A stretch of DNA of 47,155 bases, from positions 1 through 47,155 of the forward strand of contig JBBTST010000019.1 of NCBI GenBank assembly GCA_038064575.1, given 5' to 3'. The notes under the pieces were generated by a model. That model ran no database searches. It was not told where the DNA came from and saw only the letters and a list, made by a program, of their open reading frames with translations. The first letter of the stretch is position 1; every line of letters begins with the position of its first letter. The translations under genes and the position numbers were made by a program. The stretch comes from Patescibacteria group bacterium. Its GTDB lineage: Bacteria > Patescibacteriota > WWE3 > UBA101185 > 2-01-FULL-41-18. This document shows, piece by piece, positions 38,077 to 47,155 of the stretch.

Positions 38077-38901
38077 ATGTTAAGAACTTTTAATCCTACA
38101 AGTGAAGGTCAAAGGGCAAGAAAAAGTTTGTCAACAAGCCATTTGAATAAAAAAAGGCCTGAAAAGGGTCTTACTCTTCATCTCAAAGGAGCAGTTGGTA
38201 GGACTAAAGGTAGAATAACAAGCAGATCAAGACAACAAGGCTCCAAAAAACTTTATAGAATTGTGGATTACAAGAGAGATAAGTTTGGCGTACCTGCTTT
38301 GGTTACAAGCCTTGAGTATGATCCATATAGAGGTCCAAGCATAGCCTTACTTACTTATGCTGATGGTGAAAAGCGCTACATTTTGGCGCCGGAGGGTCTT
38401 AAGGTTGGAGATAGGATTCTATCTGGTATGGGTCTTGAGGCTCTAATTGGTAACGCTATGCCCATAACTGAGATTCCTTTGGCAACTTTCATACATAATG
38501 TAGAAATACATCCAGGCAGAGGAGGTCAAATGGTAAGAGGTGCAGGGCTTTCCGCACAGCTTTTAGCAAAAGAGGGTGATTATGCTATCATTAAGCTCCC
38601 AAGTGGGGAAACCAGGAAGATATTAGCCAGGTGCATGGCTACAATAGGCACTCTCACAAATTTTGAAAAAAGAAAAGTAAATCTTGGTAAAGCGGGTAGG
38701 AACAGGCACAAGGGCAGACGGCCTCACACACGAGGTGTTGCAATGGCAAATCCTCACGATCATCCGCATGCGGGATCTTATAAGACTTCAGGTATTGGTA
38801 TGCCCTCACCAAAATCTCCCTGGGGTTGGAAAACTAAGGGCTACAAAACCAGAAAAAGAAAACACACAAGAAAGTTCATAGTTTCAGGGAAAGGCAAATA
38901 A
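38077..38901 (+). CDS. rplB: 50S ribosomal protein uL2
   Basis: [29 protein letters not shown]. Confidence 0.98.
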   Translation: MLRTFNPTSEGQRARKSLSTSHLNKKRPEKGLTLHLKGAVGRTKGRITSRSRQQGSKKLYRIVDYKRDKFGVPALVTSLEYDPYRGPSIALLTYADGEKRYILAPEGLKVGDRILSGMGLEALIGNAMPITEIPLATFIHNVEIHPGRGGQMVRGAGLSAQLLAKEGDYAIIKLPSGETRKILARCMATIGTLTNFEKRKVNLGKAGRNRHKGRRPHTRGVAMANPHDHPHAGSYKTSGIGMPSPKSPWGWKTKGYKTRKRKHTRKFIVSGKGK

Positions 38902-38902
38902 T

Positions 38903-39172
38903 ATGACCAGATCTCTAAAAAAAGGTCCATATATTAATGAAAAGCTTTTGAATAAGGTAACTAAGATGCGTGATGAAGGTGTAAGAAAACCAATTAAAAC
39001 CTGGGCCAGATCTTCTCAAATAAGTCCTGAGATGGTGGGGTTTACTTTTGAAGTTCACAATGGCAAACAACACCTGCCTGTTTTTGTGGTTGAGGGTATG
39101 GTTGGTCATAGATTTGGAGAGTTTTCTCCAACAAGAACATTTAGAAAGCATTCTTCAAAGAAAGCAAAATAG
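38903..39172 (+). CDS. rpsS: 30S ribosomal protein uS19
   Basis: [24 protein letters not shown]. Confidence 0.98.
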   Translation: MTRSLKKGPYINEKLLNKVTKMRDEGVRKPIKTWARSSQISPEMVGFTFEVHNGKQHLPVFVVEGMVGHRFGEFSPTRTFRKHSSKKAK

Positions 39173-39173
39173 T

Positions 39174-39524
39174 ATGGAAAAAGAGGCAGATTTGATTTTT
39201 TCAAAAAGTAAATATGTCAGAGTCTCTCCCAAAAAGACTGCACCCATAATGACACTTGTCAGAGGGAAAAAATATGAGGAGGCTATAAGGATATTGACTT
39301 TTGTAGATGGCAAACCTGCAAAACTTGTGTTAAAAACATTGAAGTCTGCAGGAGCTAATGCCTCCCATAACAATTCCCTAAAAGCGGAAAATCTGTTGGT
39401 GAAAGAGGCTTATGTGGGGGCTGGCCCCCTGCTCAAGAGACAAAGAATTGTTGGAAAGTCCAGAACATCGCCCATTTTAAAAAGGACAAGTCACATAATT
39501 ATTGGTTTAACGGAGGTCAAGTAA
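39174..39524 (+). CDS. rplV: 50S ribosomal protein uL22
   Basis: YVRVSPKK, LKSA.ANA, ILKRTSHI. Confidence 0.96.
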   Translation: MEKEADLIFSKSKYVRVSPKKTAPIMTLVRGKKYEEAIRILTFVDGKPAKLVLKTLKSAGANASHNNSLKAENLLVKEAYVGAGPLLKRQRIVGKSRTSPILKRTSHIIIGLTEVK

Positions 39525-39530
39525 TAGTAT

Positions 39531-40163
39531 ATGGGTCATAAAATACACCCAATTGGTTTGAGAATAGGAATTTCACAGGATTGGAGATCAAGATGGTTTA
39601 GTGATAAAAAATCCTATTCAAAAAATGCTTTGGAAGATTATAACATCAGAAAATATTTGAAAGAGAAGTTAAAGATTGCGGGGCTTAAGGTTATTGAAAT
39701 AGAAAGATCTGTAAATGAACTTAATATTGTTGTAAAAGTTTCAAGGCCGGGTGTTGTTATTGGTAGGGGAGGAGCAGGAGCAGAGCTTCTCAAAGAAGGG
39801 CTTAAGAAATTCTCTTCTTCTAAGCTTCAGTTTTCAGTAGAAGAGGTCAAAACACCGGAGATAGAAGCCCAGATAGTTGCTGATAATATAGCGAGTCAAA
39901 TAGAAAGAAGGTTTCCGTATAAAAGAGCCATAAAAATGGCAATGGAGGCGGCCATGAATAAAGGTGCAAAAGGTATTAAAATCCGCTGTTCAGGACTTTT
40001 AAGCGGGGCTAATACTATTGCACGAACTGAAACAAAGTCAGTTGGTTCTGTGCCTGCTCAAACTCTAAGAGCAGACGTGGATTTTGCTGTTGTTGATTCA
40101 AAGACTATATATGGCACCATAGGTGTAAAAGTATGGATTTACAGGGGGGAAAAGGAAATATAG
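39531..40163 (+). CDS. rpsC: 30S ribosomal protein uS3
   Basis: MGHKIHPIGLRIG, RPGVVIG, TLRADVD, YGTIGVKVWI. Confidence 0.98.
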   Translation: MGHKIHPIGLRIGISQDWRSRWFSDKKSYSKNALEDYNIRKYLKEKLKIAGLKVIEIERSVNELNIVVKVSRPGVVIGRGGAGAELLKEGLKKFSSSKLQFSVEEVKTPEIEAQIVADNIASQIERRFPYKRAIKMAMEAAMNKGAKGIKIRCSGLLSGANTIARTETKSVGSVPAQTLRADVDFAVVDSKTIYGTIGVKVWIYRGEKEI

Positions 40164-40178
40164 TTTGGGAAGGTTTTT

Positions 40179-40592
40179 ATGTTAATGCCTAAGAAAACAA
40201 AATTTAGAAAACAACAAAAAGGGAGAAGAAGAGGTATGGCCTCAAAAGGCACAAACATTGATTTTGGCGAGTTTGGACTTAAAGCAGAAACAAGAGGATA
40301 TGTTACCTCCAGACAAATAGAAGCTGCAAGAAAAGCAATTACTCACTTTACCAAAAGAGGAGGAAAACTTTGGATCAGGATTTTCCCCGCCAAGCCAATT
40401 ACCAAAAAACCGGCTGAAACAAGAATGGGCAGTGGAAAAGGAAATGTAGATCATTATGTCTGTGTGGTCTTGCCTGGAAGAGTTCTTTTTGAAATGAGTG
40501 GTGTTAGTAAGAAGATAGCAGAGGATGCGCTCTTAAGAGCAGCCTACAAGCTTCCTATAAAAACAAGATTTGTGGAGGTGCTGAATGCTTAA
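40179..40592 (+). CDS. rplP: 50S ribosomal protein uL16
   Basis: [27 protein letters not shown]. Confidence 0.98.
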   Translation: MLMPKKTKFRKQQKGRRRGMASKGTNIDFGEFGLKAETRGYVTSRQIEAARKAITHFTKRGGKLWIRIFPAKPITKKPAETRMGSGKGNVDHYVCVVLPGRVLFEMSGVSKKIAEDALLRAAYKLPIKTRFVEVLNA

Positions 40593-40791
40593 TATAACTG
40601 ATTTGAGATCTAAGGAAATAATTGAGCTTAAAGAGGAGCTTAAAAAGCTAGAGAAAGACCTTTCCAGAAGGCAGGAAGAGCTAATGAGTGGGAAAGGGTC
40701 CAAGGTGCATGAACTGAAGACTTTTAAAAAGGATATTGCAAGAATTAACACAGTTTTGTCCGAGAAGGCCATCTTAAAGGAGGTTAAGTAA
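40585..40791 (+). CDS. rpmC: 50S ribosomal protein uL29
   Basis: [14 protein letters not shown]; operon position. Confidence 0.93.
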   Translation: MLNITDLRSKEIIELKEELKKLEKDLSRRQEELMSGKGSKVHELKTFKKDIARINTVLSEKAILKEVK

Positions 40792-40792
40792 T

Positions 40793-41026
40793 ATGAGTAA
40801 AAAAAGATTCAAGGGTGTAGTTGTTTCAGACAAAATGCAAAAAACAGTGGTGGTTTTGGTAGATGTTCCTAAAACACACCCAATTTACAAAAAAAGCATT
40901 AAAAATTCAATAAGACTTAAAGCGCATAATGAAAAGGGCGCTAAGATGGGTGATTTAGTAGTTATAGAGGAATCAAGGCCAATAAGTAAAAGTAAGAACT
41001 TTATAGTAGTGGAAGTTGCAAAGTAA
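40793..41026 (+). CDS. rpsQ: 30S ribosomal protein uS17
   Basis: GVVVSDKMQKTVVV, HPIYKK, ESRPISKSK. Confidence 0.97.
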   Translation: MSKKRFKGVVVSDKMQKTVVVLVDVPKTHPIYKKSIKNSIRLKAHNEKGAKMGDLVVIEESRPISKSKNFIVVEVAK

Positions 41027-41028
41027 TT

Positions 41029-41397
41029 ATGGTACAGGTAGGAACGCTTTTAAATGTTGCAGATAATAGTGGTGCCAAGAGTCTGAAACTCATTGGTATA
41101 CCGGGAAGTTCAAGAAGAAGGTTTGCATCGCTTGCAAATATTGTTACGTGTGTAGTTAGTGGGGCTTCCACTACAGGGGTTGTAAAAGATCATTCGATTG
41201 TAAAGGCTGTAATAATAAGGGTGAAAAAAGAAGTAAGGAGAAAAGACGGAAGTTATATCAGATTTGATGATAATGCAGCCGTAGTTGTTGATACGGAGGG
41301 TGAACCCAGGGGTACACGTGTTTTTGGACCCGTTGCAAGAGAGCTTAGAGATGTTGGTTATTTGAAGATAGTGTCCCTTGCTCCGGAGGTTTGGTAA
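41029..41397 (+). CDS. rplN: 50S ribosomal protein uL14
   Basis: VADNSGAK, IRFDDNAAV, GTRVFGPVARELR. Confidence 0.98.
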   Translation: MVQVGTLLNVADNSGAKSLKLIGIPGSSRRRFASLANIVTCVVSGASTTGVVKDHSIVKAVIIRVKKEVRRKDGSYIRFDDNAAVVVDTEGEPRGTRVFGPVARELRDVGYLKIVSLAPEVW

Positions 41398-41401
41398 ATT
41401 T

Positions 41402-41707
41402 ATGAAAATAAAAAAAGGCGATCTAGTTAAAGTAATATCTGGAAAGGAAAAGGGTAAAGAAGGCAAAGTTGAATCAGTGTTACTGGAGAAGGATTTGGTT
41501 TTGATTAAGGGGGTAAATGTTGTAAAAAGGCATGTCAAGCCTGGAAGAGTATCTAAAGAGGGGGGAATAATATCAATTGAAAGACCAATCGTTTCCTCAA
41601 GAGTTATGGTTGTGTGTGAAAAGTGCAAAGAACCTACCAGAATCTCTTACAAACTTGTTGATGGCGCCAAATATAGGATATGTAAGAGGTGTGGAAACAG
41701 TTTATGA
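41402..41707 (+). CDS. rplX: 50S ribosomal protein uL24
   Basis: KIKKGD.V.VISGKEKGK.GKV KOW motif; two CxxC pairs. Confidence 0.96.
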   Translation: MKIKKGDLVKVISGKEKGKEGKVESVLLEKDLVLIKGVNVVKRHVKPGRVSKEGGIISIERPIVSSRVMVVCEKCKEPTRISYKLVDGAKYRICKRCGNSL

Positions 41708-42432
41708 CCCAAGTCAATCTTGAGGGTAGAAATGTAGTGTTAGAGGCTCTTCTTAGAGGAAGAAAGATCTTTGAAATTTTTATAGACAAAAATGCAAAGG
41801 GGGGATCCATTGAAAGGATTATTAAAAGCGCAAAAGAAAAGGTAGTTAAAGTAACCCCAGTTGACAGGCCCTTTTTACAAAAGATATCAAAAACAGATTC
41901 TCATCAAGGGATAATTGCACTTAGCGAGCCTATAAAGACTTATTCAGTATCGCAAATTGTGAAGGAGGTTGAAACCCCCTTCATTGTGGTCCTGAAAGAG
42001 GTTTTATATGAACACAATCTTGGCGCTGTTTTAAGATCCGCGGCCGCTGCAGGAGTAGATGCTGTTGTAGTGTCTGGGTCTAAAGATAAGGTTATTAGCC
42101 CTGTAGTTGAAAGAGTTTCAATGGGAGCCAGTAATGCTGTTAAGATTTGTATTGAAGGTATTTCCTCTGCTCTAACTGTTATAAAGAGGGCTGGTATAAA
42201 AGTTGTTGGAGTAGAAGCCTCAGGATCAAAGTTCTACTTTGAAGAGGACATGACTGGGTCACTTTGCTTGTGTTTTGGCGGGGAAGACAACAGCTTAGCT
42301 TTGCCCCAGGTCAAGATTTGCGATATAGTTGTGCGCGTACCCATGGAAAACGCTATACAATCGCTAAATTTGAGCGTTGCGGCCGGGGTGGTTTTATTTG
42401 AAAAAGTTAGACAAGATTTATGCAAGAAATGA
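41704..42432 (+). CDS. rlmB: SPOUT rRNA methyltransferase, RlmB/TrmH family
   Basis: GRNVVLEAL, HQGIIA, HNLGAVLRSA, GGED, VPM...QSLNLSVAAGVVLFE. Confidence 0.88.
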   Translation: MTQVNLEGRNVVLEALLRGRKIFEIFIDKNAKGGSIERIIKSAKEKVVKVTPVDRPFLQKISKTDSHQGIIALSEPIKTYSVSQIVKEVETPFIVVLKEVLYEHNLGAVLRSAAAAGVDAVVVSGSKDKVISPVVERVSMGASNAVKICIEGISSALTVIKRAGIKVVGVEASGSKFYFEEDMTGSLCLCFGGEDNSLALPQVKICDIVVRVPMENAIQSLNLSVAAGVVLFEKVRQDLCKK

Positions 42433-42968
42433 GGTTAAAAGAAAAATACAACCAAATAGTTCCAAAGCTTTCAGAGAAGCTTGGAAAGAAGAATTTACTT
42501 GCTATTCCAAGAATTACTAAAGTAGTAATCAATGCTGGAATTGGCAAGTTTAAAGACGATAAAGGCTTAATAGAGAGCGTTATTAAAGATATTTCTCTGA
42601 TAGCCGGTCAAAAAGCCAATCCAACCAGAGCAAAAAAGGCTATTTCAAATTTCAAGATAAGAGCACACGATGTGGTTGGTGTTTCTGTTACTTTAAGAGG
42701 TCCCAGAATGTGGGCGTTTTTGGATAAGCTTATTAATATAGCTCTTCCAAGAGTAAGAGATTTCAGAGGCGTTAAGAAAACAAGTTTTGATCAAAAGGGA
42801 AGTTACACTCTAGGTTTGAGAGAACACGTTGTTTTTCCTGAAATTAATCCAAACACTGTTGATAAGATTAAAAGTCTTGAAATAACAATAGTTACAACCT
42901 CAAGAAACAAAGAGGAGTCGTTTGTTTTGTTGGAGGCTTTAGGCATGCCTTTTGAAAAAGGAAAGTAG
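42429..42968 (+). CDS. rplE: 50S ribosomal protein uL5
   Basis: [25 protein letters not shown]. Confidence 0.98.
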   Translation: MRLKEKYNQIVPKLSEKLGKKNLLAIPRITKVVINAGIGKFKDDKGLIESVIKDISLIAGQKANPTRAKKAISNFKIRAHDVVGVSVTLRGPRMWAFLDKLINIALPRVRDFRGVKKTSFDQKGSYTLGLREHVVFPEINPNTVDKIKSLEITIVTTSRNKEESFVLLEALGMPFEKGK

Positions 42969-42969
42969 T

Positions 42970-43155
42970 ATGGCAAAAAAATCTTCTATTGAAAAGTCAA
43001 AAAGAAAACCAAAGTTTGAAGTAAGAAGGAGAAACAGATGTAAAATTTGTGGTCGTCCAAGAGGATTTATGAGACGCTTTGGTATGTGCAGAATCTGTTT
43101 TAGAGAACTCGCGTTAAAAGGAGAATTAAGCGGAGTTAGAAAGGCAAGTTGGTAA
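42970..43155 (+). CDS. rpsN: 30S ribosomal protein uS14, Zn-binding type Z
   Basis: [11 protein letters not shown]...CRICFRE; 61 aa. Confidence 0.97.
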   Translation: MAKKSSIEKSKRKPKFEVRRRNRCKICGRPRGFMRRFGMCRICFRELALKGELSGVRKASW

Positions 43156-43156
43156 T

Positions 43157-43549
43157 ATGGATACAATAGGTAATGCTCTGTCTTCAATAAAAAATGCTGC
43201 TATGGCTGGAAGACCTTTTGCAGAGGTATATTATTCTAAAGTTTTGGAAGAAATCCTCAAAGTTATAAAAGAGGCAGGGTTTTTTGATGGAATTAAAGTT
43301 TTTAAACCTGAAGGCAGGACTATTAAAAAGATCCATGTGGATTTGGCTTTTGAAGATGGAACTCCAAAAGTTTCAGATATAAAACGGATATCAAAGCCCG
43401 GAAGGAGAACTTATAAAACGGCTTTAGAGATAAAAAAAGTTATGGGGGGTTATGGGTTAGCTGTTGTGTCTACATCAAGAGGTATAATGAGTGGACATAC
43501 TGCAAAAAAGAAAAAGCTTGGTGGAGAAGTAGTTTGCGAGGTATATTGA
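43157..43549 (+). CDS. rpsH: 30S ribosomal protein uS8
   Basis: RISKPGRR.Y, VSTSRGIM, GGEV. Confidence 0.97.
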   Translation: MDTIGNALSSIKNAAMAGRPFAEVYYSKVLEEILKVIKEAGFFDGIKVFKPEGRTIKKIHVDLAFEDGTPKVSDIKRISKPGRRTYKTALEIKKVMGGYGLAVVSTSRGIMSGHTAKKKKLGGEVVCEVY

Positions 43550-43550
43550 T

Positions 43551-44093
43551 ATGTCAAGAATTGGAAAAATGCCGGTAACAATTCCGGATAAGGTTATGGT
43601 GGAGGTTTCTGATCAGACGGTTAAAGTAAGAGGACCAAAGGGGGAACTAATCAGAACTTTTACTAAAGATGTTGCTGTAACTGTTAAGGATAATACAATT
43701 TTTATTACCCCAAAGTCAGAGGAGGTAAGTGCCTACTGGGGATTAACTAGAGCACTGCTTGCTAACATGGTTCTGGGGGTTAACAAGGGCTTTAAGAAAG
43801 AACTTGAAATTGTGGGAGTTGGCTATAGAGCGTCAAAAAAAGGAAATGATTTAGTGTTTAGTGTGGGCTATTCAAATCCCATTGAGTTCAAGGCGCCTCA
43901 AGGTATTGTTTTAAACGTAGATGAAAATGTCAGAATAGTTGTAGAAGGATGTGACAAGGACCTTGTTGGGCTGACTGCTGCTAAGATTAGGGCAATTAGA
44001 AAACCGGAGCCTTACAAAGGAAAAGGCATTAAATATAAAGATGAGGTTGTAAGAAGGAAAGCCGGAAAGGCAGCCGGAAAAGTAGCTGCTTAG
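43551..44093 (+). CDS. rplF: 50S ribosomal protein uL6
   Basis: MSRIGK, GVGYRA, RKPEPYKGKGI. Confidence 0.98.
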   Translation: MSRIGKMPVTIPDKVMVEVSDQTVKVRGPKGELIRTFTKDVAVTVKDNTIFITPKSEEVSAYWGLTRALLANMVLGVNKGFKKELEIVGVGYRASKKGNDLVFSVGYSNPIEFKAPQGIVLNVDENVRIVVEGCDKDLVGLTAAKIRAIRKPEPYKGKGIKYKDEVVRRKAGKAAGKVAA

Positions 44094-44109
44094 TGAATTT
44101 AAAAAAATT

Positions 44110-44463
44110 ATGAAGGTCAAAATTTATAGTACAAACAAGGCAAAGAGAAGAATCAGGGTGAGAAGCAGAATTGTAGGCAGTGCTTCTAAGCCCAGGCTTA
44201 CTGTATTTAGATCAAATAAATTTATGTATGCCCAAATTGTAGATGATGCGGCTGGAAAAACACTGTTTACAGTTAATGAAAAAGAGCTGGGTAAGGTTGG
44301 AGGTACTAAAGTAGAAAGGGCTCATGCTTTAGGGACTAAGCTTGCCCAAAAAGCAATAGAAAAAGGAATTAAACTTGTAGTTTTTGATAGAGGAAGCTAT
44401 AAGTATCATGGAAGAGTGAAATCGCTTGCTGAAGGTGCAAGGCAAGGAGGGCTAAACTTTTAA
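44110..44463 (+). CDS. rplR: 50S ribosomal protein uL18
   Basis: PRLTVFRSN, VFDRG.YKYHGRV. Confidence 0.97.
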   Translation: MKVKIYSTNKAKRRIRVRSRIVGSASKPRLTVFRSNKFMYAQIVDDAAGKTLFTVNEKELGKVGGTKVERAHALGTKLAQKAIEKGIKLVVFDRGSYKYHGRVKSLAEGARQGGLNF

Positions 44464-44467
44464 TAGT

Positions 44468-44905
44468 ATGGAAAGAACAAAAGAGTTTGAGGAAAAAATA
44501 ATAAAATTGAACAGGGTTTCTAAAAAGACTACCGGGGGCAATGCTATTTCATTTTCCGCTCTTGTGGCTCTTGGCGACAGGAATGGCAGGTTTGGCTTTG
44601 GGCTTGGGAAAGCAAAAGACGTAACTAGTGCAATAGCAAAAGGGGTAAAAGTAGCTCAGAGAAATATGCAGAAGGTATCAATAAAAAATGGAACCATAGC
44701 CCATGAGGTGAGATGTAAAGCCGGAGCAGCAGAAGTTTATTTAAAACCCGCTCCAAAGGGTACAGGGCTTATTGCAGGGGGTGTTGTAAGACAGCTTTTG
44801 GAGCTGGCTGGGGTTAAAAATATCTCTGCCAAGATGTTTGGTTCAAGTAATAAACAGCTTAATCTCCAGGCCACCTCAGAGGCTCTTGCAAAGTTGAAAG
44901 AATAG
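44468..44905 (+). CDS. rpsE: 30S ribosomal protein uS5
   Basis: NRVSK...GG, GLGKA, PA..GTGLIAGG. Confidence 0.97.
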   Translation: MERTKEFEEKIIKLNRVSKKTTGGNAISFSALVALGDRNGRFGFGLGKAKDVTSAIAKGVKVAQRNMQKVSIKNGTIAHEVRCKAGAAEVYLKPAPKGTGLIAGGVVRQLLELAGVKNISAKMFGSSNKQLNLQATSEALAKLKE

Positions 44906-44913
44906 GATAATTT

Positions 44914-45357
44914 ATGGATTTATCTAGTTTGGTTAAATTAAAGGGTAAACAGAGAAAAGCAAAAAGAGTAGGTCGTGGTATTGGTAGTGGAAAAGGTGGA
45001 CATACCTCAGGAAGAGGTCAAAAGGGGCAGAAGTCAAGATCAGGAAACTCCATTCCTTTTGGGTTTGAGGGTGGCCAGGTTCCAATGTATAAAAAAATGC
45101 CAAAGAGAAAAGGATTTGTTAACTCTCATAAAAAAGATATTGTAATTGTGAATTTAGATATTCTGAATATTTTTGAAGAAGGCACTTTAGTTAAACCGGA
45201 GACTCTTTTAAAAAAGAATATTTTAAGATCTCTTCCGGAACATGGAGTGAAGATTCTTGGCACTGGAAAAATAGAAAAAAAACTTACTTTTGAAGGATTT
45301 ATTTATTCTCAAACCGCCCTTGAAAAACTCAAAAAAGCCGGCTGTGAGATTAAGTAA
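44914..45357 (+). CDS. rplO: 50S ribosomal protein uL15
   Basis: RVGRGIGSG, RGQKGQKSR, GFEGGQ. Confidence 0.97.
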   Translation: MDLSSLVKLKGKQRKAKRVGRGIGSGKGGHTSGRGQKGQKSRSGNSIPFGFEGGQVPMYKKMPKRKGFVNSHKKDIVIVNLDILNIFEEGTLVKPETLLKKNILRSLPEHGVKILGTGKIEKKLTFEGFIYSQTALEKLKKAGCEIK

Positions 45358-45369
45358 TTTTTAATTTTA

Positions 45370-46638
45370 ATGTTTGATCTTTTTATATCCGCTTTTAAAC
45401 TCAAAGAAGTCAGGAAAAGAATTTATTTCACTTTTTTTGTAATAGTTGTTTATAGATTTTTATCTCATGTTCCAATGCCCGGAGTTGATCATAATGCACT
45501 GGCAACTCTTTTGAATAACAATACTCTGCTTGGTTTTTTGAATATTTTTAGTGGTGGAGGCTTTAAAAACTTTTCCATAGTAACGCTTGGCGTTGGGCCT
45601 TATATCAGTGCGTCAATAATAATGCAGCTTCTGACCATGGTTTTTCCAAAGCTGGAGGAGCTTTCTAAGGAGGGTGAATACGGAAGAGAAAAGATTAATC
45701 AGTATCAGAGACTTTTGACGGTCCCTTTGTGTATTGTGCAATCGTATTCGGTTTATTTTTTGTTAAAGAGCCAGAACATTATAGGAAACCTATCACCCAT
45801 TTCATTTGCATCTCTTGTTTTGAGCATGACGGCCGGTACTATGCTTCTAATGTGGTTGGGAGAGCTTTTGACAGAGTATGGCGTTGGCAACGGAATTTCT
45901 ATGGTTATCTTCTTTGGAATTGTGGAGTCGTTGCCGGCAACTTTTGGTCAAACATTGCTAACTGCAAATACACAAGGTTATTCAAATCTTATTATAATGA
46001 TAATTGCTGCCATAATTGTAATAGCAGGGGTAGTTTTTATTAATGAAGGTGCCCGCCACATTCCAATAGAATATGCAGCTAAGGCCCGCGGTTCATACAA
46101 GAGAGCCAGTAACTTTTTACCTATAAAGATTAATCAGGCTGGAGTCATACCAATAATATTTGCCGTTTCTATAATACTTGTCCCCTCCTTTGCGGGAAGA
46201 TACCTGATTACACTTCCAAATGAAGTAGTGAGAAATATAGGCTTTTTCTTAAACACAAACTTTACCAGTACAACGCCTCTTTATAATTTAGTATTTTTTG
46301 TTTTGGTTGTTGGCTTTACCTATTTTTATACGGCAATACAATTTAACCCTGAAAAAATTGCGGAAGATATTAAAAAGAGCGGTGGCTTTATTCCGGGGAT
46401 AAGACCGGGTAAACCAACATCTGAGTATCTCAACAGAGTCATTTCCAGGATAACTATTGCTGGGGCGGTCTTTTTAGGACTTATTGCTGTTTTGCCCTCT
46501 CTCATTCAAAGCTTTACCAATGTGACTACACTTACAATTGGAGGAACAAGTCTTTTAATAGTTGTATCAGTAGTATTGGAAACTGTTCGGCAACTTGAAT
46601 CTTTGGTGGAGGTTCAAAGTTATGAATCGTTTTTATAA
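45370..46638 (+). CDS. secY: Preprotein translocase SecY
   Basis: [49 protein letters not shown]. Confidence 0.99.
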   Translation: MFDLFISAFKLKEVRKRIYFTFFVIVVYRFLSHVPMPGVDHNALATLLNNNTLLGFLNIFSGGGFKNFSIVTLGVGPYISASIIMQLLTMVFPKLEELSKEGEYGREKINQYQRLLTVPLCIVQSYSVYFLLKSQNIIGNLSPISFASLVLSMTAGTMLLMWLGELLTEYGVGNGISMVIFFGIVESLPATFGQTLLTANTQGYSNLIIMIIAAIIVIAGVVFINEGARHIPIEYAAKARGSYKRASNFLPIKINQAGVIPIIFAVSIILVPSFAGRYLITLPNEVVRNIGFFLNTNFTSTTPLYNLVFFVLVVGFTYFYTAIQFNPEKIAEDIKKSGGFIPGIRPGKPTSEYLNRVISRITIAGAVFLGLIAVLPSLIQSFTNVTTLTIGGTSLLIVVSVVLETVRQLESLVEVQSYESFL

Positions 46639-46709
46639 GTTAATGAGCCCAGGTGTGTAAAAAGCTTGTAAGTGCTGTATTTTAGACGCCTGATCTTGAG
46701 AAAGGTAGT

Positions 46710-46976
46710 ATGCTTGGTAAGTTTAAAGAATTAATGGATCTTAAAAAACACGCTGATGCCATGAAAAAGGAAATGGAAAAGATCATGGTGGAATATGAAG
46801 ATAAAGGCATTAAGCTTTTAATTCGTGGCGATCAACACATTGAAAAAATTGAAATAAACGGTGTAGAGGACAAGAGGTTAAAAGACGTTTTAAACGGCGG
46901 TCTGAAGGAGGTTCAGAAGAAAGTTTCAAAAAAGATGCAGGGGCAGCTTTCAGACTTGGGTATTCCCGGGCTTTAA
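46710..46976 (+). CDS. YbaB/EbfC family nucleoid-associated protein
   Basis: Helix-beta-helix tweezer pattern (..ADAMKKEM...I...GDQHIEKIEI...LN..LKEVQ...M...LG.PG); AAGG SD. Confidence 0.75.
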   Translation: MLGKFKELMDLKKHADAMKKEMEKIMVEYEDKGIKLLIRGDQHIEKIEINGVEDKRLKDVLNGGLKEVQKKVSKKMQGQLSDLGIPGL

Positions 46977-46981
46977 GAGTT

Positions 46982-47025
46982 GCTACTGGAAGCGAGTATC
47001 AGCACCTCCAGTAGCGTTCTTTTCT
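46982..47025 (+). terminator. Intrinsic terminator after the ybaB-like gene
   Basis: GCTACTGGA/TCCAGTAGC stem followed by GTTCTTTTCT. Confidence 0.65.
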
Positions 47026-47155
47026 CACCGGGGCAACGGCAATTGAGTTAAGGCCATAATGACTACTATGACCACAATTGCAAGTACCAAAATCCACAGA
47101 ATCAGCTGAATTCAATACGAATTTCCCCACCCAACCTCTTTTAACATAATTTCTT

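Noticed and set aside
1221-46043. Many short antisense or alternate-frame ORFs inside ftsK, alaS, rpoBC, fusA, r-protein genes and secY
   Set aside because: Shadows of well-supported genes with no motifs of their own
47112-47114. UGA recoding (genetic code 25)
   Set aside because: TGA terminates ftsK, rplD, rplX and rpsH at their expected ends, and long genes have no in-frame TGA
1-47155. CRISPR array, rRNA, IS elements
   Set aside because: No regularly spaced repeats, rRNA signatures or transposase-like ORFs; nearly all sequence is accounted for by CDSs

Overview
Chromosomal housekeeping segment of an AT-rich Patescibacteria/CPR bacterium. The assignment is inferred from the missing rpmD, a C-terminally short AlaS, the CPR-type VirD4-like ATPase and the FtsA-like + baseplate-J-like pair; a Microgenomates/WWE3-like lineage is a weaker guess. 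Standard genetic code. The left half holds ftsK, a branched-chain polyamine synthase (BpsA/DUF43)-like gene, rodZ-like, DUF948/YtxH, a VirD4/TrwB-like ATPase, alaS, the FtsA-like/baseplate-J-like pair, ruvX, xseAB, a PQQ-type sugar dehydrogenase fusion, mltG and DUF151. The right half holds rpoBC and the str/S10/spc ribosomal clusters through secY and ybaB. These clusters are interrupted by speD + a PepSY protein + a Cys-rich vWA protein, by a DHHA1 remnant, and by an rlmB-like gene. Main observations: (1) EF-G has its guanine-specificity motifs rewritten (NKxD to NKIN; G5 to GGDG); (2) a BpsA + SpeD polyamine module; (3) the orphan actin-fold ATPase paired with a bitopic baseplate-J-like protein; (4) many substitutions near the RNA polymerase active centre; (5) recurrent leaderless promoters and stop-T-ATG junctions; (6) an internally deleted uL3; (7) uS12 with two streptomycin-resistance-type substitutions; (8) candidate attenuators before rpoB and rplC. 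I found no tRNA, rRNA, CRISPR array or transposase. Family calls come from motif recognition only; no searches were run.
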